From Setoptus koraiensis (Eukaryota > Animalia > Arthropoda), in contig CM106585.1 in assembly GCA_048013815.1 (NCBI GenBank), forward strand, positions 682,001-746,000: DNA of 64,000 nt, written 5' to 3'. Made by a program: the position numbers and the translations under genes. Of this stretch, positions 37,431-49,801 are shown one piece after another (the stretch's first letter is position 1; each line of letters begins with the position of its first letter). The notes below the pieces were generated by a model. It did not search any database. It saw only the letters and a list, made by a program, of their open reading frames with translations, and was not told where the DNA came from.

Positions 37431-40400
37431 TGTGTGATGCTGGCCAGCCGGCGAAGCGCCACACGCAATCGGCTTGGATCGAGCCTCTCGCTGAGCAACC
37501 AGTCGTTGTTGTTGCTGTCGTTGTTGCTGATGGTGGTGGTGGTGGTGTGCTGGACGGGACACAGGCCGGCTGGGCAGCAATTCAAGTTCTCCTCAAACAA
37601 CAACTTGTTTGTTGGCCTCTATGCACTTGACTGCTGCTGTGATGGCCGGCTAAGGCCAGCATCGGCCAACTAGCCAACAAACACACCAGGCTCATTTGAT
37701 GCCGGCGCAAGTGTGTGCGCAAAAGATGAGCATGAGAACAAGTTGCAACGAAATGTGAGTGTGTGTGTGTGCAATTTGTTTGCAGCAGCACACCAACTGA
37801 TGCAAGCACAAGTTGCGTAAGAGTTAAGCGATGCTGGCGGGCAAGGGTTTGTTATTGTGAGTCGCTGTTGCTTGCAGTGGCTGGCTGGCAGACGCAATGC
37901 AGACAACAACAGACTGTGCTGAACAGAGAGAGATGCTGCTGCTGCTGCTCGGACAGCAACAACAAGAGAGACTGCCAAAGGCACTGACGACTGTGACGGG
38001 CACTGGCATGACACACATGCCAGCAGCAACAGCAAGCGGCAAAACTTGATGCAGCAACAACAACAACAACAACAAGTTTCATGCCAGCTTTAGTCACAAA
38101 AGATTAAGCTCGCTCACACAGGCCAACAGGCGACTGTTGCCCATTGCATTCCATTAAATGTTGTTGTTTACAATTGGCTGGCCATTCTCGCGAGGTCATG
38201 CGCCTTTGCAGGCCGAGCATCGGATAAGTTGTTCCTATGCGCGCCGCAGCAACAACAGACAAGTGGCCAAAGCAAACAAAAACTCACGACCAGTTCTCGC
38301 TCTCAATTTGCGAGCCATTGCCATCGCCGCTCGCCGCTCGCCGCTCGCACTGCCAGCTCACACTGAGTGTGTGTGACGGGCAGCCAGTGAAGCATCCCAA
38401 GCTGCCCACTAGTGCCAATGGTGTGTCGCTAAACGGCCAAACGCAACGCCTGTCACTAGACTCACACACACACACGCCGAGTGATACCGCACCGGGGGCG
38501 TCGCCGTGTCGCGACCGCGCTGTCCGGACGACCGACACAAGTTGGCAGGTTGAAGTTGTTGGCAGCAGCGACTCGACTGTGTGAGTCATTAAGCAGCCTG
38601 TGGCAACTGCCGACGCGCTCCTCGCCGCGGTGCTCGTCGTGGTGCGCAGGCTCACAAGCAGTGTGCGCCATCACTGCAACTATTGCGGCAATAGCAACAC
38701 TGCCGGCTACGCTGCCAGCGATGCACTGCTCACCAGTGACTGCTGGCAATAGTTGTATCTCTCTATAGTTTATGGCTGCCAGCTCGGCCAGCAGAGGCTC
38801 CTCTGCAGCCTGCGCTCTGCAGCCTGCACTCTGCAGCCTGAGCCAGTGATTGGCATCGTGTCAAACTGCCACAGCCCAGAATAGACTGAGTCGCAGACTC
38901 AGCCACTCGGCGGGGTCCTCGCCGCAGACTGTGCAGCAACGACTCCGCAGGCGACTCAAAACAATTTGTGTGCGTTGGCCTGTCTGTACTCGGTGCTGTG
39001 CTACTATACCACAGTGCTATTATCACATCATAAGGGGGGGCGGCAGCAGCAGCCAGCATCAACTGAACTGAATAGAATTGCAATGAGAAGAGTGCAACCA
39101 GAACGGCGCAGTGTGTGTGTGTGTGTGTGTGTGGAATACACCGAGTCATGGTGCAGATTCGGTGAGCCGAAAAAAGAAGAATCTCGCCCCTTATCGCAGG
39201 CCGGCGTTGTTGCCGTCGCAGCAACAGCAGCAACTGTGTGTGTGTGCTGTGGAAACGAGCTAACGTCCAATCAAATAGGCCCATCACACTAACACACACA
39301 CACAGCGACTAGTCACGCCTGGTGGTGCGCGCATTCCCTTTGTGTGCGCGCCTGTATGTCTGTTGTGTTAGGGAGAGGTGCACACACAAGTCGACCGATG
39401 CTTATTATGGCCATCGCAACAACAGCAACAACAACATCGTGAACCATTATTATGGTAGTGCACGCACAGGCACAACGATAGCAACAGCAACAACGACAGC
39501 AGTGAGTCGAGGGGAGAGGGGGGGCAGAAGCGGGGACGGAGCGGCAGCTAGAACAGGCTGTAGGCTGGTGGGAAACTGGAAAAACTAGTCGATCCACATC
39601 ACCATGGAGAGTAGTTATGCACGCACGCTCACACGCACGCACGCACAGATCGGCACAACAGGCACAACGCACAAGGCTACGCTCGCTGTAGCCGATAGCC
39701 GAATGAGCCCCATTCTGGCTGTGGCCCCTTCTCCCTTCCCTCCTCGTATCGTTGTCTGGTAGTCAGCAACACACTCACACACAGGCCAGTGTCACACTGG
39801 TTGTGTGTGCCAGGTTGAGCCGCGCGCACTGTGCACAGCCGCTACTGTTGTCGGGCTATGGTTGAGCCCGGCCCGAGCCCGAGCCAAACAAAGGAAGCGC
39901 GCGTGTTCTCTGCACTATACGACTGTATGGTGTGCGTAAAGTAGAGAACTGCTCGCCTCATCGACCATGTATACCAATGGTGCGATCAACCGACGACACT
40001 GGCCAGGCCCGTCGCCTATAAGTTTGTGAGGCGGTTTTGGGCGGTTGCGGTACCATTAATACATGGGTACACCGCGCGCACTGCCCTGACAGCCTAAGCA
40101 GCTTTCCCATCTGCTTGCTGTCAGGCGCTGCAGACTTAAACTCAAAGCCACTCTCACAGTGTCAGTGTGTGAGTCTCTCAATTCGCAGGCTCAACTCAAC
40201 AACAACACAGCTCGCCATCTCTGGTCTGGCCGCAGCGGACGCCGCCGCTCTCTACGTAGGCATCATGTGTCCCCGTGGGCGTGTAACTTTAGTGTGGACA
40301 CCATCAGTACACCAGTTTGCCAGCGGTTCAGACTGGTCCACTCAAGCACACACACAAACGCACCATGATAGTTGAACCCACCGACTGCCCCAAGGCAAGC

Positions 40401-43400
40401 GGGTACCGTGAATACCCGTGCGCCAATTATGGTGATGCCAGGGTATTGGCCTCTCACACAACCCCTATTATTATTGCTGCTGCTGCTGTTGCTGACTGCT
40501 GCTCAATTCGATCTCGCTGCCCGATCGTGTATAATGTAAGGGCGCATGCGCACTCATGAGATATGCTTGTGGTTGTTGCTGTTATTTTCGTTGGTTCGGA
40601 TAGTTTATCGTCTTTTATATATGTGGGTTGCACTTAGCAAGCAAGGGATAGAGAAGGAGAGAGAGAGAGAGAGAGAGAGACTGTGCTGAATTGGGCTATT
40701 ACTCAAAGTTGAGTCGGATTTGCGCAGTCGATCTCTCTGGCTGTTGGCTTGCCAAGCTGCGCGAATTGCCAAGCTTGGTAGTTTTGCTGCTGTTGCTGCT
40801 GCTGCTGTCGTTGTTGTTGTTGTTGTGTAGTGGTGGTGATAGTAGTAGTTGCAATAGTAGTAGTTGCAGCAGCAGCAGCAGTAGAGACGGTGGTGCTGGT
40901 TGTAATTGGTAGTAGGGATAGAGAGAAAAAAGTGTTCACGTCGTTCGCATTTTGAGCTCAACCATTCCAAGCTAGTTTCATTCTGGCTTTCGATGCTTTG
41001 AGTGGCGGCAGTCTAGTTGAGAATAGTCACAACAGAGTTAGTAACAACAACATCAGCAATGACTGCACCAACAGCAACTAAACTCAAATGAAATGGAGTA
41101 GAGAGGAAATAACAACAACAAATTCAGTGCTTGCCAGCATCGACCAAATAGAGGCGAGAGCCCGACTAGCGCTGCCACAGCGCTGCGACAACGAACGAGG
41201 GGCCTCAGTGTAACTAGCTACACACAATTTGTTTCGCTGTTATCTGCTTATCCGCCACTATCGCACTTGTTTCCTCGATCGCATCGTTGTCGTCGTCGTT
41301 GGCGTCGTTGGCGTCGTTGTTGTCGCTGTTGTCGCTGTTGTCGAGGCATCACAACACACACACACACACACTAAAATAGATAACTGAAGCCGCCAGCCTC
41401 AAGCTCAAAGCCCGGCCCAAAGTCTGGTGTGTCTATCATCCAACTCAAAGTACAGTTATTCTACTCCACTTCGCCACTCTGCCGCCTATAAGCTGGCATA
41501 GTATTTGTGCCAGTTATACTATAGACTTATAATGGCCTCTTTGGCTGGCTGGCTGGCTGCCTTGCTTTGTTGTTGTCGACAGTCGACGAGCTCACAGACA
41601 TAGACAGAGTTGGTTGCCATTTGCAAGCGCTTTTGTGTCGCTCTCTCTCTCTCTCTCTATCCCTATGTATATTTGCTGGCTATGTAATGACAACAAAAAC
41701 AAATGGATAGACGACAGCTAGCAAGCGAGCAAGTTGGAAAGCTCGCTTAGTCAGAATGCGTTACGTTGCTGATAAAGCAGATTTTATTTTCGTCATCATT
41801 ATCGTCCCTCGGCTGGCTGGCTGGATGACTGTTTGGCTGACTGAATGTTCAGCTCACTGGTTGGCTCAGTCGCTGCCATTGTGGTTGTGTTTGCTCGAGA
41901 CACAAAGACACAGAGACACACAAAGACACTACTTCTAGGGTTCTAAGGGCGAGAATAAGAATTTTGCATTTTGCATTTCGCTTTCTCCGCCATCACTACA
42001 CCATTTTACACTATCTGTATTTACGTTGTCTGCATTTTCACTATCAGCGGCAGCATGTCGTGAATTAAGCGAGACAAACAGGGAGAGAACTCCCTCTAAT
42101 TTCAATGTATACAATAACAACAACAATTCACTAAGAGATACAATATAAATTCTACCAGTTGTCGTCTTGCTATTAAAGCAATATGCAACGCACAATATTA
42201 ATACACTAGAGTGTTATTTGTCTAGGCGCGCCAGAGACTCACAGTACTCCAAAGACGCCATAGCGACAAGAACAATATTCATAATGATGATGGTGATGTA
42301 ACAGCACGTCAAATCTTAACCAAAATTCGTATCAACACAACATATACTCTTCTTTCATAAATAGTTACTGGCAGGCAAATCTGGTAGTAGCTACCATAGC
42401 TCGACAACGAAATGAAGAGAATCAGCAATGGCAGCAAAACAATAACTTTCTACTCTCGGTATTATTATTAGATGAATTGATGAAATTTCCATCGTTTTCA
42501 ATAGTGTTACTGTTGCTATCAACTTGTATTTTTGCCATAATACAATTAAAGTACACTACTAAATATTTTATGGAGATATGGCAAGGAGATGAAATAGTTC
42601 AGGCACAATCACCAGCATTTAGGTGGCATTAGCGATTCTTTCGAGCGCGCCAGTCTCTCAGTCTAACTTTCCTTCCCTCTCACTATGTCGCGAAATAAGT
42701 ATGATGACAAAAACACTTGATGAAATCGAATATAATACAGAAATAGAATGAAAGAGAAACCTGAGACACACAATGTGCGATAGTTCGTCACCGATGAATA
42801 CGTAGTGGATGATGAATAATAATACTAATAATAGTAATATATCTATGTGAGATCTAGCTCAAATTTCTTCTCTAATTCTCTCAGTGTTTTCTGACTCTCC
42901 TCAGTCCATAACTATCTAGTATACATTTTTCTATATCTTTCTGTCAACATATTAGAATTTCATTGGCTGATTCGTCATTTGCCTGGCTAATAGAACCTGT
43001 CTTAATACAGTCGTCTCACATTTACACACAAGAGTCTCTATCACAAATCACCTGCTCTATTTCGTGTTGTTGCTGATGCGGATAGCTCTCTAGTCTTGCA
43101 ATATGACCATCTTGATTGAGATGAATTTTGAGATGCTTATAACAAAAGCCATCCAACAAATAATAGCTACGTTCAGGAGCTAATTTTATTTTAGTTAACA
43201 AGTTAAATGATTGGTGTAATCAATGACCACTACCATTAGATCATTATTCAGTTAGTTGCCATTGCTAATTATTACAACTGCAAACTGCAAATGCAAACCG
43301 AGGCGAAGGCGAGGTGATATCTCAATGGTAATCTGAATAAGATTGTTTAGATAGAAAATCGTCTACAATTAAGGTTGAGAGCCAATGCACTTGCAGATAT

Positions 43401-43832
43401 TGTATTGTGATCACATGACAAAGATGGTATCATTAATACTATGAGCATTATGTATTTGGCTCGTAGTCGTCGTTATTGTTTAATTCATCATACACATAAC
43501 ATCACAAGCATAATAGCTCGCCTATTATATATATCTATTATATCTAAGCTATAATGTCAGACGATGTATGAACACATCACACTGAGAGAATCGTCGAGAG
43601 AGAACTAGCACTGCTAAAAATTATATCACTAACCATACCGCAGCAATATATATTTATATCATCATATCAATATCCACGTAAACATTCACATGCTATTACT
43701 CTTGAACAAATATTCAGATGACTAAGTCAGATGTAGACAATGGACGAACATGATAATAAATATATATATATATAATTGTGGCGACAATAAGACGATACAT
43801 AGAGAAAGATTGATTTAACTAATGAGACTTAC

Positions 43833-44677
43833 GTTGAGGTGGCATTAGTTTCCGAATTATTAGTAGTTTGATGCTGACGTGACGAAATAGACGACGTCAT
43901 TGTGGTGGTCGAATGATGCCCGTGATGAGAATGATGGCCTGGTGAGCCATGATGATGATGATGATTAGACGAGGATGAGGAGGAATCTTCTAATTTTGTT
44001 GTCGTCGTATTTGTGTGATTAGCAGCATTAGAGTTGCTATTGGTGCTGTTACTACTAATATTATTAGTATTAGTTGTTGAGGTGCTTGTTGTATTATTAT
44101 TTGTATTAATATTATTATTATTATTTGAGGCACTACTACCACTAGACGACGATAATTTGCCAATACCAACATTTTGATGTCTGCCATACATCTTAATATG
44201 ATCAACTAGACGCTTTGTGATATTGGGCTGTTGTTGTTGCATATTATTATTACTATTAGCGGTTGAGTTACTATAAGCTTGATGTAATGGCGACGACGAC
44301 GACAATATATTATTGGCTACTGCTGATTGTTGAGCTTTTGTTACCTGGTGATGTGATGAGGGTGACGATGAGGCTAGGGGGCCGCCGCTTGGGGCGTTAG
44401 TGGCTGTTGTCGGTTGTGTCGTATTTGTATTTGTGATGTTGGGTGTTGCTGTTGGCGTTATAGCTTGTTGTGTTGCCCGAAGATGTGAAGATGTGTGATG
44501 ATTAGATTGGGCCGATGAAGATGATGAGGCCGTTGATGAGGCCGACGAGGAGGATGAAGAGGACGACGACGACGATGACCCAGCTAGAGACAACGGAGCC
44601 AGAGGCGGCGAAGCGTTGGCTGCCGGGGCGCCCAGCCAGACCGGGCTGGGTCGCGTCGTCTGGGTTTCCTTGACCAT
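43833..44677 (-). CDS. spen: spen first coding exon (degenerate RRM1 pieces in a low-complexity matrix)
   Basis: Begins MVKET...VWLG (SPEN starts MVRETRHLWVGNLP) and later has KRLVDHIKMYGRHQNVGI (SPEN EKIIEHFKRYGRVESVKI). Ends in a perfect AC|GTAAGT donor whose phase matches the SPOC exon acceptor. Confidence 0.75.
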
Positions 44678-46139
44678 GTCTCAGGTCTTAGGCCATAGGC
44701 GTTGGCGTTTTAGCTTGCTTATCTCTCTTCGATATGCAATTATGTTGTGTTTCTTCTTATTTGGTGATTATAATTATTATGAATAAAATTATTACTGAAA
44801 CTGAATGAATACTTTGATTTGCTGCTTATTCTGTGATTTTGTTTCTTCGAGCAGCTTCTCTGACTTGGGTTGTATTTGTGCCGAACAAACTGAACAATTA
44901 CAATACCGGTGCAAGATGATTTCATAATAGTAGACGCGTCTTCATTTTGGTTGCATTTTTGCCGTTGAGTTCATCAACTAGTATGTTGTTACAACATTGA
45001 TGTGATGGATATATTATTAAATTGAATTCTATTTAAAAGAATAATAATAATAATTATTGCTGCTAATGACACGGCTGCATTTGCTGCAACTGCTCATGCT
45101 GCGGCTGCTGCTGCTGCTTGTGCAATATCATGGTTGTCGAATTTTTCGAATTTGAGGAATCTTCCTTTTCTTGGGTGCCGTGGCGCTGGGGGTATTATAT
45201 CGTCGATATTTTCGTATAACAATATCGAGAATCGAATTTTTTCATTAAACAATATATAGAACAGACACACGGCACGCACGCACACACAAAGAACAGAAAA
45301 ACTTGCACGACGACAACGATATTAATTGAACAACTGAAGGAATTTTTCTCTGATGTATTCTCTCTATTTAGACATATTACTGCTATTAACTATTATATAA
45401 TGATAATTTTTTGCACAATAATAATAATAATGATGATGCTTGTGATAATTATAATAGTGGTAGTAGGAATAATAATAATATTAATAATAATAGGTGACGA
45501 TTATAACGATGGCGCTGGTGTTGCTGTAGAAGAATAATAATTATTCGTGCTGTTGGCCATTGCTCATTTAATGCGTCGCAATCCATTCGACGCAAATTCT
45601 CTACTGTGCGTGTGTTCATTTCTTCAGTTTATAGCTAGCGTGTACACTCACTATACAATATATGTTGGCGCTGTCTCTACTCTGTGCGCGTCACACACAC
45701 ACATGAAATTGCTGCAAATGGTACAGACTGTGCAAACGGGCGCACAGGCCTGCACCATCATGATGATGATAATAGGCAAAATTAAAATCGCACAAGAGCT
45801 GCCATCTAGCTGAGCGCATAATCAACAAAGTTAAATTTAACGACGCGCATGTGGCCCCCTCTCGTGTACAAGTAACTAAACATTCCTGTGAGTATTGCCA
45901 GTTGCACGAACTGAGACCAGGCGGCGCCACTGGCCGTCATCAAACTGACCACCACAGCATATGATGCAACAATAATTGAATAAAAAGAAGACATGAACAA
46001 TACTATTGACCGGCTTCTCGGGTGCTCTATAAATGTTTCCGCAGCTACAAAAGTGCTGAGACTTATAATTGACTAGACATATCATGTCAGCAAGTTATAG
46101 GGTCAGCTGACGCAACTGCTATCAATCATTAGTAAACAG

Positions 46140-46920
46140 ACATACAGATCGCCGTCGTCACCATTAATCAGTCAGTCTGGCTAATCGATTAAACAATAGT
46201 GTCAGTGCAATAATGAAATGGAAAACAAAGTCAGTTGCTTTTTGTTGTGCTTTTATTATTAATGCTGCAGTCACAGTTGATGATTGAACGAGTTTAGGTA
46301 GCGACCATGACGAATGAGTACAGCGGCATCACGATGAGCAATCATAGTGTGTGAGCACTCTCTATCAACAATTTTTATACGAGTACTGAAGATCGATTCC
46401 AGCAAGCTAATCAACAGTCCGGCAGTGATCGCCGGAGAGCCTGTGTGGTTGGGCCTGTCGGTGTTGTTGGCTTCTGGCCGATTTACACCATTGCCTGTAG
46501 CGCAGTCGCTGTTATTGCTTATGTTTCTGGTTTTACGCCGTGTCCTCTCCTCAATCACAGTTACTTTGAGTGTGCCCCTTTTCAACATCCTGATTTGTAA
46601 ATTCTTTCGCAAATCGCTACTTGATTTGCCGACATGGAATCAATTGAGCGGTCGGAAGAAGCATCTTCTGAGCGACAAATGTGACAATTCTGGATTGTGG
46701 GCGAATGAGAAAGGTTATTTGCTGTTGTTGCTGGTGGTGGTGTCTTGATACCGTTAACGGTTGCATGTCCAACTATGATGTTCGAGCATTTCGACAATCC
46801 CTCCAACGTTAACTGACAGTGACGCAATGATGGGGTGACTCTTTCCTTGGCAAGATGTCAATGTGTGATCGTTCGCTGTTTGAGCTGGTCTAAATCTGAT
46901 ATTGCTACATATTTTGAATC
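46140..46920 (-). pseudogene. Decayed partial tandem duplicate of the GPCR last exon and 3' UTR
   Basis: SDLDQ...PSLRHCQLTLEGLSKCSNIIVGHATVNGIK...HSPTIQNCH mirrors 48690-49090, with an in-frame TGA and a frameshift. KEFTNQDVEKGHTQSNCD is followed by a stop, then GNGVNRP (parent GNGVSRP), then ~300 nt resembling the parent 3' UTR. TM6-7 are missing. Confidence 0.85.
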
Positions 46921-47636
46921 CGCTACAGGTATGAGGCAGAAGAAAATCGAAGCAAAATATGCAAGAGATACCAAGATGAATATTGGTGGCGAATCATATA
47001 AAATAATAAAGGATTAATAATACTGGAAACAGTGAATGATTTCCTGTTTCGCAAAAGTGCGCACGGCGGCATTTCATTTGTCCACCAATTCCATGCACTA
47101 ATTTAGAGTTGCGATGCCACCTGGTGGTTAGTTCTGGAACTAACTCGCGCCATCATGTCTAGCACAATGCACGATATACCTACCGATATACCGATTTCTT
47201 TTGCTCCAAAACTAACAAACTAGCCCTTAATTAATTAGCGCGATAGTACGGTTTGTAACTTGTACTTGCACACCAGAAATTTCTACATTTAATTGTGTCA
47301 CGAGTCTACGGCGCAACCTATGATGATGAAATCATTGTCAACCGATTACCTTTGAGTCATATTCCTTGAACAAAAAAGTTTGAGCGCTCCCTACCATGGG
47401 GATCCAAAGTTATTTAAGAGAGAGTTAGTCGGTTTTAAAAAAGACCGAGATTGGCGAGATTTATGGTTGATTATGTTGCATGTAATGAGATGACACAAGT
47501 GACATCAGTTTAAATCGGTAAAACATGCGGTCGCCGTCATCAGCAATCAGTCAATAGTCTGGTTGATCTATTAGACAAAAGTGTCAGTGTGTAATGGTGA
47601 ACTGAGATGGAACACAGAGACAGTTGTTGTTGTTGT

Positions 47637-47642
47637 TTTATT
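47637..47642 (-). terminator. Candidate polyadenylation signal AATAAA of the GPCR (paralogous copy at 46252-46257)
   Basis: TTTATT on the + strand ~200 nt past the GPCR stop, preserved at the equivalent position in the duplicate. Confidence 0.45.
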
Positions 47643-47838
47643 ATTGTTTGCGGTGGTCACAGTATTTGTTGATTATTAAATGAACGAGCTAACTAGCGAC
47701 CATGATAAATGATTACATGAGTAACATTAGAATGAGCAATCATTGTGTGGCTATCAACAAGTTATATACTAATAATGATAATTGTTTGCAGCTAGCTTGT
47801 GATGCAGCTGAATGGTTGTTGCACCGCTGTTGTTAGGT

Positions 47839-49453
47839 CTATCGATGTTGTAGGCTTCGGGCGGAGGGCCGACTGACGCCATTGCCTGCTTTGGCATTTG
47901 CTGTTGTTGCACTCTTGCTTTTAGGGCAACGCATCACCACCTCGAGGAAGGTATTTTTGAATTGTGGATTCATCAGACAATACAATGTGAAATTAACAAC
48001 ACTGTTAATTAGCGCAAATAAATCAGTTAAATTGCCCACTCGCATGTAGAAATTCTCAAAAAATTCCTGACCATACAATGCACACAAGGCTGCTAAAATA
48101 CCCGCTGGCAATTCACAAATTATAAACACAGCCATTATCCAAATTAATAATTTCGTTGTTCTGTCATGCAAAGTGGATGCAGACTGGCTAGCACGATTGA
48201 TGCCAGCGCCACCACTTCCGGCCATATTCACGCTGCCTGTGGCAGAGGATGATTTGGCGCCACTCGTGGTGGCCACATTGGTATTGCTTCCATTGCTAGT
48301 AGACGGTCTTGCCAACAATTGGCGCTTCTCCGGTTGCTGTGTCAGTTCGCCTAAACTACATTGACGCGGGCACTTGTTGTTGTTGGTTGATTGGCCAACT
48401 TGATTATTTGACTGATTGTCTATAGTGTTGTTATTGTTCGTGCTGGCGCTGGTGTAAGTGGCCATAATATCACCTGATTTTGACAATTGTTTCGTTAAAA
48501 CTATTGCCGATTGTTGTACCGGATCTTGGTTAATTGTCGCATTTTTAATTGATTCACCAACTTGGTAGCTGCTGTCTACGCTCTTCAACGACACTCTCTG
48601 GTACCGTCTGTTGGCTACTGCTTTCTCGGCCGTTCTCTCCAAATTTTTAGTCGAGCTCGTGTCCACTGCACTGTCGACGCTATCACAGTTACTCTGAGTG
48701 TGGCCCTTTTCAATATCCTGATTTTTAAATTCTTTCGTCAATTGTTGCTGGTGCTTGCAGTCTGCTTGATTTGCCGGAATGGAATCAATTGGGCAACCGG
48801 TGGCAGCCTCTTCAGAGCGACAATGACAATTCTGGATTGTGGGCGAATGGGAATGGTTATTTGCTGTCGTTGTTGCCGGTAGTGCCTTGATACCGTTAAC
48901 GGTTGCATGCCCAACTATGATGTTGGAGCATTTCGACAAGCCTTCCAACGTTATCTGGCAGTGATGCAATGACGGCGACTTTTTCCTAGGCAACATGTCT
49001 GTCGTGTGATCGTCCTCTTGTAGAGCTACGTGGTTCGGCTGTTGCTGATGTGGCTGGTCTAAATCTGAAACTACTACATCTTTTGAATAATTGCTATTGG
49101 TATAAATAATGGTCGGGTCATTGAAACTTTTTTGCACAATTGGTTGCTGTTCTTTGAGCTGCTCTTGTTGCCCTGCTTCGAGATCGTTTGTATAACTGTT
49201 CGTCTTATTGGGTAATAATATATTAGGGCTTTGATCGATTTCTTTGGCTTGCGATCGTGCTGATTTGTTGCCACAACAACTCGTTAGCATGAGCAGTTTT
49301 TTATTGGGCCTGGATTCGCTGTCAACCGGCCTAGACTCATCGATAATCCTAGTTATTCGGCTGCCATTGGCCGTGGTTGATGTGGTAATACCGTTTGCGC
49401 TTGCCATCTGCTTGGCCATTCTCAAGCGAGAGTTCCGGTGGCGACGCAGCGCT
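47839..49453 (-). CDS. MsR: Myosuppressin-receptor-like class A GPCR, last exon: ICL3, TM6, TM7, C-tail
   Basis: DRTTKLLIWIMAVFIICELPAGIL (TM6) and DLFALINSVVNFTLYCLMNPQFKNTF (TM7) fit the DmsR/Srw-type pattern. Phase-2 acceptor AATGAAG|A-GCG-CTG. Confidence 0.82.
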
Positions 49454-49676
49454 CTTCATTGCAATTTAAGTATGAATAGTTTACACATGACCAATTATTG
49501 CGAGCATTTTCATGATCAAATGAATGAAGAGAACAAAACATTAGGTTATCTTATTATCTGGATTGTTATTTCGCTTGTGTGATGTTTGTTATCGTGATTG
49601 TGTATTACGTCGCTGAATGCCAATACCTTTGGGTAGATACATTGTATCCATGCGACAAGACGCACAAAGAACTCAC

Positions 49677-49801
49677 CTGATCAATGACGATGTCACAAAG
49701 AACAACAGAACGCAGGGGATCAATTTCGTGAATGTACTAAATATCCAAAAATGGAAATTCATGATGACCTGCGATTCCAAGGCTAGTGAGCTGAAACGAA
49801 C
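49677..49801 (-). CDS. MsR: MsR-like GPCR, TM5 exon
   Basis: TTTTTAG|VRFSSLALESQVIMNFHFWIFSTFTKLIPCVLLFFVTSSLIR|GTGAGT. FW...KLIPC is the family TM5 motif. Phases 0 and 2 fit both neighbours. Confidence 0.85.

Larger units (their letters stand above)
19775..43832 (-). other. Predicted 24,058-nt spen intron hosting antisense nested genes
   Basis: Donor AC|GTAAGT at 43832 (phase 2). Acceptor CACAG|G-GAT-AGA-TAT-ATG at 19775 needs phase 2. AC+G gives Thr and keeps the frame. Intermediate exons are not excluded. Confidence 0.7.

Noticed and set aside
45094-45285. Minus ORF ...RFLKFEKFDNHDIAQAAAA, loosely like an RRM RNP1/helix-2
   Set aside because: It lies upstream of the MVKET start, the wrong order for RRM2-4. 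It has no convincing splice sites and the match is weak. At most a uORF.
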